A stretch of 64,000 bases of DNA from an uncultured Thermomicrobiales bacterium (GTDB taxonomy: Bacteria > Chloroflexota > Chloroflexia > Thermomicrobiales > UBA6265), in assembly GCA_902806325.1 (NCBI GenBank), contig CADCWE010000179.1:4124-68123 (forward strand). The letters run 5' to 3'. The position numbers and the translations under genes were made by a program. Shown here in pieces: positions 1 to 8,728 of this stretch; positions within the stretch are counted from its first letter, which is position 1; every line of letters starts with the position of its first letter. The notes under the pieces were generated by a model. That model worked only from the letters and a program-made list of their open reading frames with translations. It made no database searches and was not told where the DNA came from.

Positions 1-365
1 GGATCCGGGAGGAGTACCGGCGCACCGGCGACAACACGCTGGCGGTGACCCGGGGGTTGGAAGCGACCGGCCGCGTGGTGACGGGCGCGGCGGCGATCAT
101 GGTCGTCGTCTTTATGGCCTTCGGGTTGAGCCGGATCCTGCTGGTCAAGAGCTTGGGGATTGGCCTCGCGGTGGCGGTGGCGATCGACGCGACGCTGGTC
201 CGGGCGCTGCTGGTGCCGGCGACGATGCGCCTGCTGGGGGATTGGAACTGGTGGGCGCCGGGCCGGTTCGGCGGCCGGAGTGACCCGCACCCGCACCCGC
301 AGCCGCAGCCGCTGCCGATCCACCTGCAGCGGACCGCGCCCCGAGCGCCGGAGCTTGGCGATTGA
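1..365 (+). CDS. MMPL/RND-type membrane transporter, C-terminal fragment (5-prime end lies outside the window)
   Basis: The frame is open from the window edge (IREEYRRTGDNTLAVTRGLEATGRVVTGAAAIMVVVF...AIDATLVRALLVPATMRLLGDWNWWAP). The same C-terminal signature occurs in the full-length MMPL gene at 38738-41071. Confidence 0.8.
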   Translation, partial: IREEYRRTGDNTLAVTRGLEATGRVVTGAAAIMVVVFMAFGLSRILLVKSLGIGLAVAVAIDATLVRALLVPATMRLLGDWNWWAPGRFGGRSDPHPHPQPQPLPIHLQRTAPRAPELGD

Positions 366-913
366 GCGCTCCCATGGTCACCTTACGCCGGGCCGTTCCC
401 GACGACGCTCCGCTGATTATGGCTTGGCGGGTGGAGTCGAGCGCGGGCCGCTACCAGCCATTGCGGGCGATGACGACGGAGTCCTTGCGACGGTCGTTGG
501 TCGAAGACGCGAATCCCCGGGACGGAGCGATCCAGCGCGCCCGCTACATCGTCGAAGCCGCGCCGGGACCGGTCGGCACGATCCGGTTGGACATCGAGAG
601 CCGGGAGCACGGCTACGGTTCGGTCGGGTACGGGATCGGCGAAGCCTTTCGCGGGCGGGGCTATGCCACGGCGGCGCTGCGGGCGCTGCTGGCGGTCGCG
701 TTCGGCCCGGTGGGGCCGAACCTGGACCGGGTCGAAGCGATCGCGGCGGTCGAGAATATCGCCTCGCGGCGCGCGTTGGAGCGGGCGGGATTCGGATTCG
801 AGGGGATCGCGCGGGGGTTGCTGGTGATCGGCGGCGAGCGGGTGGACCACGCCCGGTATGGGATTCTCCGGAGCGATTGGTTGGCAACGAGCGGAACGGA
901 GATCGAATCGTGA
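362..913 (+). CDS. GNAT family N-acetyltransferase (RimJ/RimL-like)
   Basis: 183-aa ORF. It reads LRRAVPDDAPLIMAWR...GYGIGEAFRGRGYATAALRALLAVAF...NIASRRALERAGFGFEGI, a typical acetyl-CoA binding core. TTG at 362 overlaps the upstream stop. ATG at 374 is an alternative start. Confidence 0.8.
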   Translation: MSAPMVTLRRAVPDDAPLIMAWRVESSAGRYQPLRAMTTESLRRSLVEDANPRDGAIQRARYIVEAAPGPVGTIRLDIESREHGYGSVGYGIGEAFRGRGYATAALRALLAVAFGPVGPNLDRVEAIAAVENIASRRALERAGFGFEGIARGLLVIGGERVDHARYGILRSDWLATSGTEIES

Positions 914-2847
914 ACCAGGAGGGCGGATCGGTGGCGCTGACCCCGGAAGAACTCGCCGATCGCTTGGTGCCGGACGACCCGCGCCTCTCGCCGGACGGCC
1001 GAAGCGTGGTCTTCGCCGTCGCGCCGCGGGGCAAGCGGGAAGCGCACAAGCGGCAGGCGCTCTGGCTTTCGCGCGACGGGGAACCGGCCCAGCCGTTCAC
1101 CGCCGGCACGGCCCACGACGCCAACCCGCGCTGGTCGCCGGACGGGACGACGGTGCTGTTCTGCTCCGACCGGATCGCCCACGACGACGAAACCTTTCGT
1201 CTGTTCCTGATCCCCGCCGCCGGGGGAGAGGCCCGCCCACTGGGGGATCTGGACGGCGCTTTGTCTCAGCCGAGCTGGTCGCCGGATGGCCGTTCGGTGG
1301 TCGTGCTGCGCAAGGATCCGAAGACGGTTGAGGAGAGGGCGCGGGCCGAGCGACGCGACGACGCAATCGTCGCGGGGGAGGCCGCCAAACGGTCGCGGGT
1401 CTGGCTGATCGAGGTCGCGACCGGCAAGGCCCGCTGCCTCACCTTCGGCGAGCGGCAGGTCTGGTCCTACGCTTGGACGCCGGAGGGAGACGCCCTGGTC
1501 GTGGTGACCACCGCGACCCCGGATCTGGACACCCACTACGGGCCGAGCGCGGTCGGCTTGGTGCCCGTCGGCGGCGGCTTGTCGCGGGCGATCGCCACCT
1601 TCCCGTCGTTGCCGACCGAACCGGTGGTGGTGGCGGCGCCGGACGGCCCACTGGTGGCGGCGATGGTCAACGCCAACCGGGACGATCCCCAGGACGCCGT
1701 CTGGACCGTACCGCTCTCCGGCGGCGAACCCCGGCGGCTGGGGCCAGCCGGGCGCGCGGTGGTCGAAGCCGTGGCGCCGCTGACGGGGTCGCCGGGCGGC
1801 TTGGCGGTGGCGATTGGGGATGGGGTCCACGGCCGGCTGTTGGGGGTGGACGCGGGGAGCGGGGAGTCGTGGGCCATCGCGCCGGCGTCGTTGCCGGAGG
1901 GCGGTTATCCGGCCACGGCCCCGTCGGTCTCGGCGGACGGGCGCCGGATCACCGTGGTCTGGTCCAACCCGACGACGCCGGAGGAGGTCTGGATCGGCGA
2001 GGCGGGCGGCGAAGGCGCGCCGGTGACGGCGTTCGGCGAGGCGTTCCGGGGCCGGTTGAGTCCGGCCGAGACCGTCCGCTGGAGCAGCCCCGACGGGGTC
2101 GAGATCGAGGGCGTACTGACCTTGCCGGCGGAGGCCACGACCGGACGTCCGGTGCCGCTGGTGGTCGAGGTCCACGGCGGCCCGTGGTGGCACTGGGGCC
2201 TGTCGGTAATGCTCGACTGGCACGACTGGGCGCAACTGCTGGCGAGCCGTGGGATCGCCGTGCTGGCGCCGAACCCGCGTGGCAGCACGGCCTACGGGTC
2301 CGCGTTCCAGCGCCTGCTCCAGGACGACGTCGGTGGCGGCGAGGCCCAGGACCTGATCGCCGGCGCCCAGGCAATGGTCGCGCGGGGGATCGCCGACCCG
2401 GAGCGGTTGGGGATCGCCGGCTGGAGTTGGGGTGGCTATTTGTCGGCCTGGGCGATCACCCAGACCGATCTGTTCGCGGCCGCCTTCGTCGGCGCCGGGG
2501 TCACCAACCTGGTCTCCGACCACGGCACCGGCGACATCCCGGCGATGAACCTGGGCCTCTTCCCGGGGATGCCCTACGCGGCGCCGGATGCGTATTGGGA
2601 GCGTTCCCCAATCCGTCACGCCGCCCGGATCACCGCCCCGACCCTGATCGCCCACGGCGACGCCGACGACCGGGTCCACCCGGCGCAGGGGATGGAGCTG
2701 CACCGGGCCTTGACCTCGCTCGGGGTGCCGACGCGCTTCCTCCGCTACCCGCGCGAAGGCCACCTGATCGCCGAGCGGGAGCACCAGATCCATCTGATGC
2801 GCGAGATCGTGGGGTGGTTCGGGCGGTGGTTGATTGAGTCCCCCTAA
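910..2847 (+). CDS. S9 family serine peptidase (prolyl oligopeptidase / acylaminoacyl-peptidase-like, beta-propeller plus alpha/beta hydrolase)
   Basis: GTG at 910 sits in the frame of the 160..2847 ORF. The upstream part of that ORF is an Arg-rich shadow of the GNAT gene. It has repeated SPDG/WSPDG propeller motifs, the nucleophile motif GIAGWSWGGY, HGDADDRV and REGH. Confidence 0.85.
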   Translation: MNQEGGSVALTPEELADRLVPDDPRLSPDGRSVVFAVAPRGKREAHKRQALWLSRDGEPAQPFTAGTAHDANPRWSPDGTTVLFCSDRIAHDDETFRLFLIPAAGGEARPLGDLDGALSQPSWSPDGRSVVVLRKDPKTVEERARAERRDDAIVAGEAAKRSRVWLIEVATGKARCLTFGERQVWSYAWTPEGDALVVVTTATPDLDTHYGPSAVGLVPVGGGLSRAIATFPSLPTEPVVVAAPDGPLVAAMVNANRDDPQDAVWTVPLSGGEPRRLGPAGRAVVEAVAPLTGSPGGLAVAIGDGVHGRLLGVDAGSGESWAIAPASLPEGGYPATAPSVSADGRRITVVWSNPTTPEEVWIGEAGGEGAPVTAFGEAFRGRLSPAETVRWSSPDGVEIEGVLTLPAEATTGRPVPLVVEVHGGPWWHWGLSVMLDWHDWAQLLASRGIAVLAPNPRGSTAYGSAFQRLLQDDVGGGEAQDLIAGAQAMVARGIADPERLGIAGWSWGGYLSAWAITQTDLFAAAFVGAGVTNLVSDHGTGDIPAMNLGLFPGMPYAAPDAYWERSPIRHAARITAPTLIAHGDADDRVHPAQGMELHRALTSLGVPTRFLRYPREGHLIAEREHQIHLMREIVGWFGRWLIESP

Positions 2848-2854
2848 CCCCCCA

Positions 2855-2893
2855 CCCCCCCTTCCCCCCGAAACGGGGGGAAGGGGGGCTTTT
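2855..2893 (+). terminator. Intrinsic terminator-like hairpin (C-tract/G-tract palindrome) followed by a T run
   Basis: The sequence cccccccttcccccc-gaaac-ggggggaagggggg is followed by cTTTTc, 8 nt after the peptidase stop. Confidence 0.65.
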
Positions 2894-3023
2894 CGGTCGC
2901 GCCCACCTCGGCTCCCCTTGCCCGAACTCGGGGACCCGCGATCGGGGGTAACGCGGCTGGGAGGGTAGGGGGCGTTCCCCGCGGCCCGAGAGTTGCGCCA
3001 GCACCCGGAGGAGGGCCACCACC

Positions 3024-3737
3024 ATGCGCGTCACGACCGCCGGCGCCAACCTGATCCAACTGACCTGGTTCCCGCGGGTGTTTCCGGTCAGCGTCTACCT
3101 GGTGCGGGAGGACGACGGGTTTACGCTGGTCGACACCGCGATTCCCGGCGTGGCCCGGTCGATCTTGGGCGCCGCCAAGGACCACGGGGCGCCGATCCGG
3201 CGGATCGCCCTGACCCACGCGCACAGCGACCACGTCGGGTCGTTGGACGCGTTGCGGGCGGCGCTGCCGGAGACGGAGGTGGTCATCTCCGCCCGCGACG
3301 CGCGGTTCCTGCGCGGCGACAAGTCGCTGGACCCTGGGGAACCGCAGACCAAACTCAAAGGGGGATTCCCCCGGCGGATGACGACGCCGACGACCGAACT
3401 CGGCGACGGCGACGCGGTGGGGTCGTTGCGGGTGGTCGCCGCGCCCGGCCACACGCCCGGCCAGGTCGCCTTCTTCGACGACCGCGACGGGTCCCTGATC
3501 GTGGGCGATGCGTTCCAAACGCAGGGCGGCATCGCGGTGGCCGGCGTCGTCCGGCCGCTGTTCCCCATCCCCGGCTTGCTCTGCTGGCACCTGCCGACCG
3601 CCGTGGAGAGCGCGGAGCGGCTGCGGGCGCTGGAGCCGCGACGGCTCGCGGTCGGTCACGGGCCGATGCTGGAGGAGCCGGGGACGAAGATGGACGAGGC
3701 GATCGCGGCGGGAAAAACGAAGGCGCAAGCGGCGTAG
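3024..3737 (+). CDS. MBL-fold metallo-hydrolase
   Basis: It has the HAHSDHVGS (HxHxDH) motif, then APGHTPG and a later D/H ligand. The SD ggaggagg lies 8 nt upstream of the ATG. Confidence 0.85.
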   Translation: MRVTTAGANLIQLTWFPRVFPVSVYLVREDDGFTLVDTAIPGVARSILGAAKDHGAPIRRIALTHAHSDHVGSLDALRAALPETEVVISARDARFLRGDKSLDPGEPQTKLKGGFPRRMTTPTTELGDGDAVGSLRVVAAPGHTPGQVAFFDDRDGSLIVGDAFQTQGGIAVAGVVRPLFPIPGLLCWHLPTAVESAERLRALEPRRLAVGHGPMLEEPGTKMDEAIAAGKTKAQAA

Positions 3738-3757
3738 GTGCCGATCGACGCACCCGG

Positions 3758-4942
3758 TCAGGCCACGCCCAGCAGCCGCGTGATCGCTTCCGCGTAGACC
3801 TTGGCCTGCGTCACGAGGTGGTCGATGTAGACCGCCTCGTTGGCGCCGTGGGCGTTTTCGCCGCCCGGGCCGTAGCCGACGGTGTCGATCCCGGCCTGGC
3901 GGTAGAAGCGGCCGTCTGTGGCGCCGGCCCAGGCGACAAAGTACTCGGGCTCGCGGTCGGTCACGGTCCGGGCGGCCGTTTGGACGGCCCGCACCAGCGG
4001 CGAGTCCTCGGGCGTGATGTTGGCCGGGATGAAATCGCCAAACGGGTCGATGCTCAACTCGTAGCGGAACTCGGGGTCCGTGGCGGCGACGGCGTCGAGG
4101 GCGGCGCGGATTTCGGCGACCACGCCGTCCTTGGTTTCGCCGGGGATCAGGCGGCGGTCGACGGTGATCGTGCAGTCGCCGGGGACGACGTTGTGGGCGA
4201 CGCCGGCATGGATCGTGTTGACGCTGATCACCGGTTTGCCGACCGCCGGGTGGAACGTGTCGAGATCGCCTTCGAGGGCCAGGACGCCCTTGGCCGCCTT
4301 GGCGATCGCGTTGATCCCGGTCGAGCGGGCGGCGGCGGTGTGCGAGGCGCGGCCGTAAAAGGTCACGGCCAGGCCGAGCAGGCCGCGTTCGGCGTTGCGG
4401 ACCTTGAGGTCGCTCTTCTCGCCGATCAGGCAGTAGTCGGGCCGGGGCAGCCGCCCGGCGGCGATCTCCTCCAGCAGGTGGATGGTGCCGAAGCGGGCGC
4501 TGGTTTCCTCGTCGGACACGACGTGGGCCTGCAGGCGGCCCTTCAGCGGCGCGTCCTTGAGCAGACCCATCAAGTAGATCATCACGCCGGTCGAACTCTT
4601 CATGTCCGAGGCGCCGCGCCCGAACAGGCGGACCCCGTCCTCGCTGACGGTTGGCTCGTACGGGTCGGAGCGCCAGGCGTCCGCGTCGGAGACCGGCACG
4701 GTGTCGAGGTGCCCGTTCATGACCACGGTCGGTCCCGCGCCCGGATCACCGACCGAGATCACGACGTTGGGCCGCTCGGGATCTTTGGCGACGATCTGAT
4801 GATCGAGGCCCCGCGCCGCGCACCACCCGGCGACATGCTCCATCACCGCCCGCTCTTCCCCGGACGGGCTGGGGATGGCGATCAACCCCTTGGCCATCGC
4901 GACGATCTCGTCTCTGTTGACGCGGTCGGTCCAGGGGTTCAA
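3758..4942 (-). CDS. M20 family metallopeptidase (ArgE/DapE/acetylornithine deacetylase-like)
   Basis: 394 aa. Motifs: VVMNGHLDTVP, GRGASDMKS, VVSDEETS, a dimerisation-domain insert and a C-terminal GATDGRF. TTG start preceded by AAGGAGG. Confidence 0.85.
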   Translation of the reverse strand: MNPWTDRVNRDEIVAMAKGLIAIPSPSGEERAVMEHVAGWCAARGLDHQIVAKDPERPNVVISVGDPGAGPTVVMNGHLDTVPVSDADAWRSDPYEPTVSEDGVRLFGRGASDMKSSTGVMIYLMGLLKDAPLKGRLQAHVVSDEETSARFGTIHLLEEIAAGRLPRPDYCLIGEKSDLKVRNAERGLLGLAVTFYGRASHTAAARSTGINAIAKAAKGVLALEGDLDTFHPAVGKPVISVNTIHAGVAHNVVPGDCTITVDRRLIPGETKDGVVAEIRAALDAVAATDPEFRYELSIDPFGDFIPANITPEDSPLVRAVQTAARTVTDREPEYFVAWAGATDGRFYRQAGIDTVGYGPGGENAHGANEAVYIDHLVTQAKVYAEAITRLLGVA

Positions 4943-4956
4943 ATGGGCCTCCTTGA

Positions 4957-5043
4957 GAGACGGCAGACGGCAGAACGGGAGAGGACTGAGGACTGAGGAC
5001 TGAGGACTGAGCCGATCGGCCTGCCGTCTGCCGTCTGCCGTCT
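4957..5043. repeat. Hairpin built from heptamer tandem repeats: (agacggc)x2.5 and (ctgccgt)x3 as arms, (gaggact)x4.4 in the loop
   Basis: gaggact occurs at 4981, 4988, 4995 and 5002, plus a partial copy. ctgccgt occurs at 5021, 5028 and 5035. The left arm gagacggcagacggcaga is complementary to the right arm. It lies between the darA stop (5046) and the M20 start (4942). Confidence 0.8.
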
Positions 5044-5045
5044 GG

Positions 5046-5375
5046 TCACAAGCGTTCGAACCGGTCCACGTCGGCGACGAAGACGACGGCGCCGCCGACC
5101 TCGACCTCGAAGTTCTCCGGCATGTAGAGGAGGCCGGGTTCGAGGGCGGGGGAGTAGGGGACGGCGATCTGGGTGCGGCGGCGGCAGGTGCGGCGCAGCA
5201 CGCCCATCACGCCGGCCACCGCCGCGTCCTCGACCCCGATCAGCAGGGAGCTGTTGCCGGTGCGCAGGAACGAGCCGGTGGTGCTGATCTTGGTGAAGCG
5301 GTGTCCCGCGCCGACCAGGGCCTGGGTTAGGGCGTCGATGTCTTCGTCCTGCACGATGGCGACGACCAGTTTCAT
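5046..5375 (-). CDS. darA: Cyclic-di-AMP receptor, PII-like (DarA/YaaQ family)
   Basis: MKLVVAIVQDEDIDALTQAL...RFTKISTTGSFLRTGNSSLLIGVED...EVEVGGAVVFVADVDRFERL is collinear with B. subtilis DarA (MKLIVAVVQDQD...[23 protein letters not shown]...VEVGGATVFVLPVDEF). The ATG at 5375 is preceded by GGAGG. Confidence 0.85.
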   Translation of the reverse strand: MKLVVAIVQDEDIDALTQALVGAGHRFTKISTTGSFLRTGNSSLLIGVEDAAVAGVMGVLRRTCRRRTQIAVPYSPALEPGLLYMPENFEVEVGGAVVFVADVDRFERL

Positions 5376-5568
5376 CACCGCCTCCTTGGTCTCGCGATCG
5401 GTCGGTTCGCGGGGCCGGAGCGAAGACCGCCGCGCTCCCGTCGCCGGGTGTCGCCTGGGCCGTCCATCGCCTGGATCGGCTGAGTCTACCAGACGCGACC
5501 CGGCCTTCCCGCGCCACACCGTTCTTCCTTGCCGCGCTCGGATTGCCACTAGCGGCGCAGGGAGGATT

Positions 5569-7623
5569 CTAGCCGTCGGCGAACGGGACCGGGTCCGCCG
5601 TTGCGGCTGTCGCGGTCGTGTCCCGCCGCTTGGGCAACGAGACGCGGAAGACCGCCCCGCCATCCGGGGCGTTCTCGGCGCTGAGGTGGCCGCCGTGGGC
5701 GGTCACGATCTCGTGGCAGATGGCGAGGCCGAGGCCGAGGCCGCGGGCGGCGGCGCCGTCCGCGCCTTCGACCCGGAAAAACGGCTGGAGGACGCGGTCC
5801 AGCAGCGCGGCCGGGATGCCGGGTCCGCGGTCGGCGACCACCAGCGAGACCGACGCCGGTTCGTCCCGCACCGCGATCGAGACCGGTTCTCCCAGCGGGG
5901 AGTACTTGATCGCGTTGGAGAGCAGGTTGTCCAGCACTTGGCGGAGACGAACGGGGTCGCCGGCGATCGGCGCCTGGTCTCCGGCGTCGACCAGAATCGG
6001 TGGTTCGGACTCGCCCCGCGCGGCCCGGAGATCGGCCACGGCCTCGGCGACGAGGGCGACCAGGTCGCACGGTTCTTCGACCAAGATCAGGTGCCCGCTG
6101 TCGAGGTGGGACAGATTCAGGAGGTCGTTGACCAGACTGTCCAGCCGCCGCGCCTGGTCCTCGATCACCGCCACCATCTCGGCGTGGGACGTGCGGCCGA
6201 CCCGGTCGCTAAGGCCGGTCGCGGCCTCGCGGACCAGGCGCCGCCGGAGGAGTTGGCTGTAGCCGGTGATCGAGGTGATCGGGGTCCGCAACTCGTGGCT
6301 GACGATGGACAAGAACTGCTGTTTGGCCTCGACCGCCGCCCGTTCCGCCCGGAACAGCTGGGCGTTGCGGATGGCGACCGCCGCCTGACCGGCGACGGTT
6401 TCCAAGAGCGCCACCCGCTCCGGTCCGTAGGCGTCGGGGCGGACGCTTTTCGCGGTGAGGGCGCCGAGGATCGTGTCGCCGGAGCGCATCGGGACCGCCA
6501 CGGCCGAGGCGAAGCGGCGCTCGGCGGCACCGTCGGCGGCGCCGCGGAGGGCGAAGGACTCCGTATCGTCGCCGACGATCGGGGTGCCGGCGCGGACCGC
6601 CGCGGCGGCGATCCCGCCGTCGCCGGTCAGGGGTTCTTCCCGTTCGGGCTGGGCGACGCCGCCGTGGAGCTGGAACGGGAACCGGAGCACGCCGGCCTCC
6701 CGATCGACCAGCGCGACGAGGAACGCGTCGGTCGGCAGCACCCGCTGGACCTGGGCGGCCAATTCGGCGAAGAGCTGGTCGAGGTCCAGGGTCGCGCTCA
6801 GGGTCTGGCCGATCGCGTTCAAGGTCCGCAGGTCGGCGGTGGCGCGGGCCAGGTCGGCGTTGCGTTGGCCGAGGCGGAGGTTGAGGTCGATCAGGCGGCC
6901 GACGGCGACCAGACTGGCGAAGACCAGGGCGACCGCCAGCGGGAGACCGATCTGATCGGCGAGGGCGACCACGAACAGGGCGAGCGGGGTGGCGATGAGC
7001 AGGCTGATCGCCGTCCAGCGGGTGGTTTCGGGCCACAACCGATCGCGGACGGCGGCGGCGCCGTCCCGGAGCAGCACGGCACCGGAGATCAACGCGGTGT
7101 TGACCAGAAAGGCGACCAGGGCAAACAGCACCACCGAGCCCGGTGCGGAGTCGCCCGGCGAGTCGGGCGGGATCCCGAACCCGGCCCAAACCGCGACTCC
7201 CCCGAGCAGGGACGCCACCCCAACCTGGCCGGCGTTGAAGACGAGGAAGCGGAGGGTGCGCGGGGGACCGGGGGAGGCACGGATGGGCACCACCGCCCAG
7301 ATTAGCATCGCGACGACGTTGATGGTCGCCGCGGCGACCGCGCCCAAGGCAAGGAACGCCGCAAAAACGAAGACCGACGACAAGGACACGTAGCCGCGGC
7401 TGCCGTGCTCGACCGGGACGATTAACATCAATTCGGTCAAGACGACGGCCAGGACCAGAACGGCGCTCTCGGCGGCGGTCAATCCATCGCCGCCGGAGGC
7501 GACAAGCGCCACAAAGAGGAGCAGAAAGCCGACGGCCCCGACCCACCACCGGTAGCGGTTCCCCAGATTGTTTGCCGTCGAAGCCACTCCCGGCCCCGCG
7601 CCGCCCACATCGGTCGCGACCAT
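5569..7623 (-). CDS. Membrane sensor histidine kinase (multi-TM N-terminus, GAF, HisKA, HATPase_c)
   Basis: H-box SIVSHELRTPITSITGY, N-box LLSNAIKYS, G-boxes DRGPGIP and GLGLGLAICHEIV. About 8 hydrophobic helices lie N-terminal, and a GAF-like region lies between them and the kinase core. The start is set at the ATG at 7623 (MVATDVGG). Upstream ATGs are possible. No cognate response regulator is adjacent. Confidence 0.85.
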   Translation of the reverse strand: MVATDVGGAGPGVASTANNLGNRYRWWVGAVGFLLLFVALVASGGDGLTAAESAVLVLAVVLTELMLIVPVEHGSRGYVSLSSVFVFAAFLALGAVAAATINVVAMLIWAVVPIRASPGPPRTLRFLVFNAGQVGVASLLGGVAVWAGFGIPPDSPGDSAPGSVVLFALVAFLVNTALISGAVLLRDGAAAVRDRLWPETTRWTAISLLIATPLALFVVALADQIGLPLAVALVFASLVAVGRLIDLNLRLGQRNADLARATADLRTLNAIGQTLSATLDLDQLFAELAAQVQRVLPTDAFLVALVDREAGVLRFPFQLHGGVAQPEREEPLTGDGGIAAAAVRAGTPIVGDDTESFALRGAADGAAERRFASAVAVPMRSGDTILGALTAKSVRPDAYGPERVALLETVAGQAAVAIRNAQLFRAERAAVEAKQQFLSIVSHELRTPITSITGYSQLLRRRLVREAATGLSDRVGRTSHAEMVAVIEDQARRLDSLVNDLLNLSHLDSGHLILVEEPCDLVALVAEAVADLRAARGESEPPILVDAGDQAPIAGDPVRLRQVLDNLLSNAIKYSPLGEPVSIAVRDEPASVSLVVADRGPGIPAALLDRVLQPFFRVEGADGAAARGLGLGLAICHEIVTAHGGHLSAENAPDGGAVFRVSLPKRRDTTATAATADPVPFADG

Positions 7624-7803
7624 GGTCTCCTCGTCCACCGTGTTGGGCGGCGCCGGACACGGCACCATGCGGAGCAAGGGCAAGGCGCGGGCCATCGTGC
7701 TCGTCCGAATTGGACCGCGGCCCAGAGATTCCTTGCCCCGACCACGATCGCTTGACGGACCGATTCCGTGGGTCCATAAACGAAACACCATCCTTGGCGT
7801 CGA

Positions 7804-8369
7804 ATGGTCCAGCCGTTGGGAGGTCACGATGCGCGTCGCCCGGCACGGTTGGACTCGTTGGCGCTCGCCCCGCTCGCTGAGCGGCTCGGCGTACGCATCC
7901 CCTCGCTCTCCAACACCGTCGCGGGGCTGCCTGAGCGCGGCGCGATCCGGCGCTGCTCGGCGCGCGCGTGATGGCGACGCGTCTCGGGCGGGCGGCGACC
8001 GGCAAGGCGGACGACGTGGCGGTCGTCGCGCTCGCCGCCGCCTCCCGCGCGTTCGCCACCGAGCGCCCTGGCCTCTACGCCGCCTTCCTCCGGGCGCCGG
8101 ACGCCTCGGACGAGGCGATGGCGATCGTGGACGCGGCGCTAACGGGCTACGGGCTGCGCGACGACGACGCGATCCACGCCATCCGCGGCCCGCGCGGCCT
8201 GCTCCACGGCGTCGTCGCGTTGGAACAGGGCGGAGGGTTTGGGCTTCCCCTCGACCCCGACGAGCGTTTCCGCCGGTCGATCGCCACCGTCATCGCCGGA
8301 CAGAATCGGCGGCACGGCGATTGGCCACCGGCAGAGGTGGACCAATGGCCACGGCACGCGATCCCGTGA
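7804..8369 (+). pseudogene. TetR/AcrR-family regulator (WHG-type C-terminal domain), frame-disrupted
   Basis: The HTH-like segment LAERLGVRIPSLSNTVAGLP is in frame 1 (7804-7971). The C-terminal domain (RDPALLGARVMATRL...RGPRGLLHGVVALEQGGGFGLP) is in frame 0 from about 7935. The switch lies near 7925-7940. Helix 1 of the HTH also looks truncated. Confidence 0.5.
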
Positions 8370-8728
8370 TGTCCCGGCTCCTGCTCCGGCTGGAAGGCGC
8401 CGCGCTGCTGGTCGCGAGCGTGATCCTCTACCGGCAGTTCGGCGCCGGCTGGCCCCGGTTCGCCCTGCTGATCCTCGCTCCCGACCTGGCGGCGCTCGCG
8501 TATCTGGCGGGCGGACGGCTCGGCGCGGTGGCCTACAACCTGGCCCACACCTCCGCCATCCCGTTGACATTGGCCGTCGTCGCCGCGTGGGAATCGGGCT
8601 GGGACGGCGACGGAACAACATTCAGCCTGGCCCTGATCTGGCTCGCCCACATCGGGATGGACCGGCTGGCGGGCTACGGCGTTAAAGACCCCGGTGGGGT
8701 CACGGCGACGCGTCCGAACCTCGGTTAG
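8345..8728 (+). CDS. DUF4260-family small membrane protein
   Basis: LLLRLEGAALLVASVILYRQFGAGWPRFALLILAPDLAALAYLAGGRLGAVAYNLAHTSAIPL...LIWLAHIGMDRLAGYGVK matches the DUF4260 pattern. ATG at 8369 is an alternative start. Confidence 0.7.
   Translation: MATARDPVMSRLLLRLEGAALLVASVILYRQFGAGWPRFALLILAPDLAALAYLAGGRLGAVAYNLAHTSAIPLTLAVVAAWESGWDGDGTTFSLALIWLAHIGMDRLAGYGVKDPGGVTATRPNLG

Noticed and set aside
4981-5041. A CRISPR array or other spacer-containing repeat array, considering the heptamer repeats here, the nonamer repeats at 34012-34083 and the palindromic elements.
   Set aside because: The repeat units are 7-9 bp and directly tandem, with no spacers. The palindromic elements are single, dispersed copies. 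No cas genes are present, and the Cas4-like domain is fused to a helicase.
5376-5568. A possible c-di-AMP (ydaO/kimA-type) riboswitch in the 193-nt leader of darA.
   Set aside because: Only a weak AAUCCGAGCGCGG resemblance exists. The conserved GGGGACCCA and GGGGUGAAUC-type blocks and the pseudo-two-fold architecture are not present. A covariance-model scan (Rfam RF00379) would settle it.
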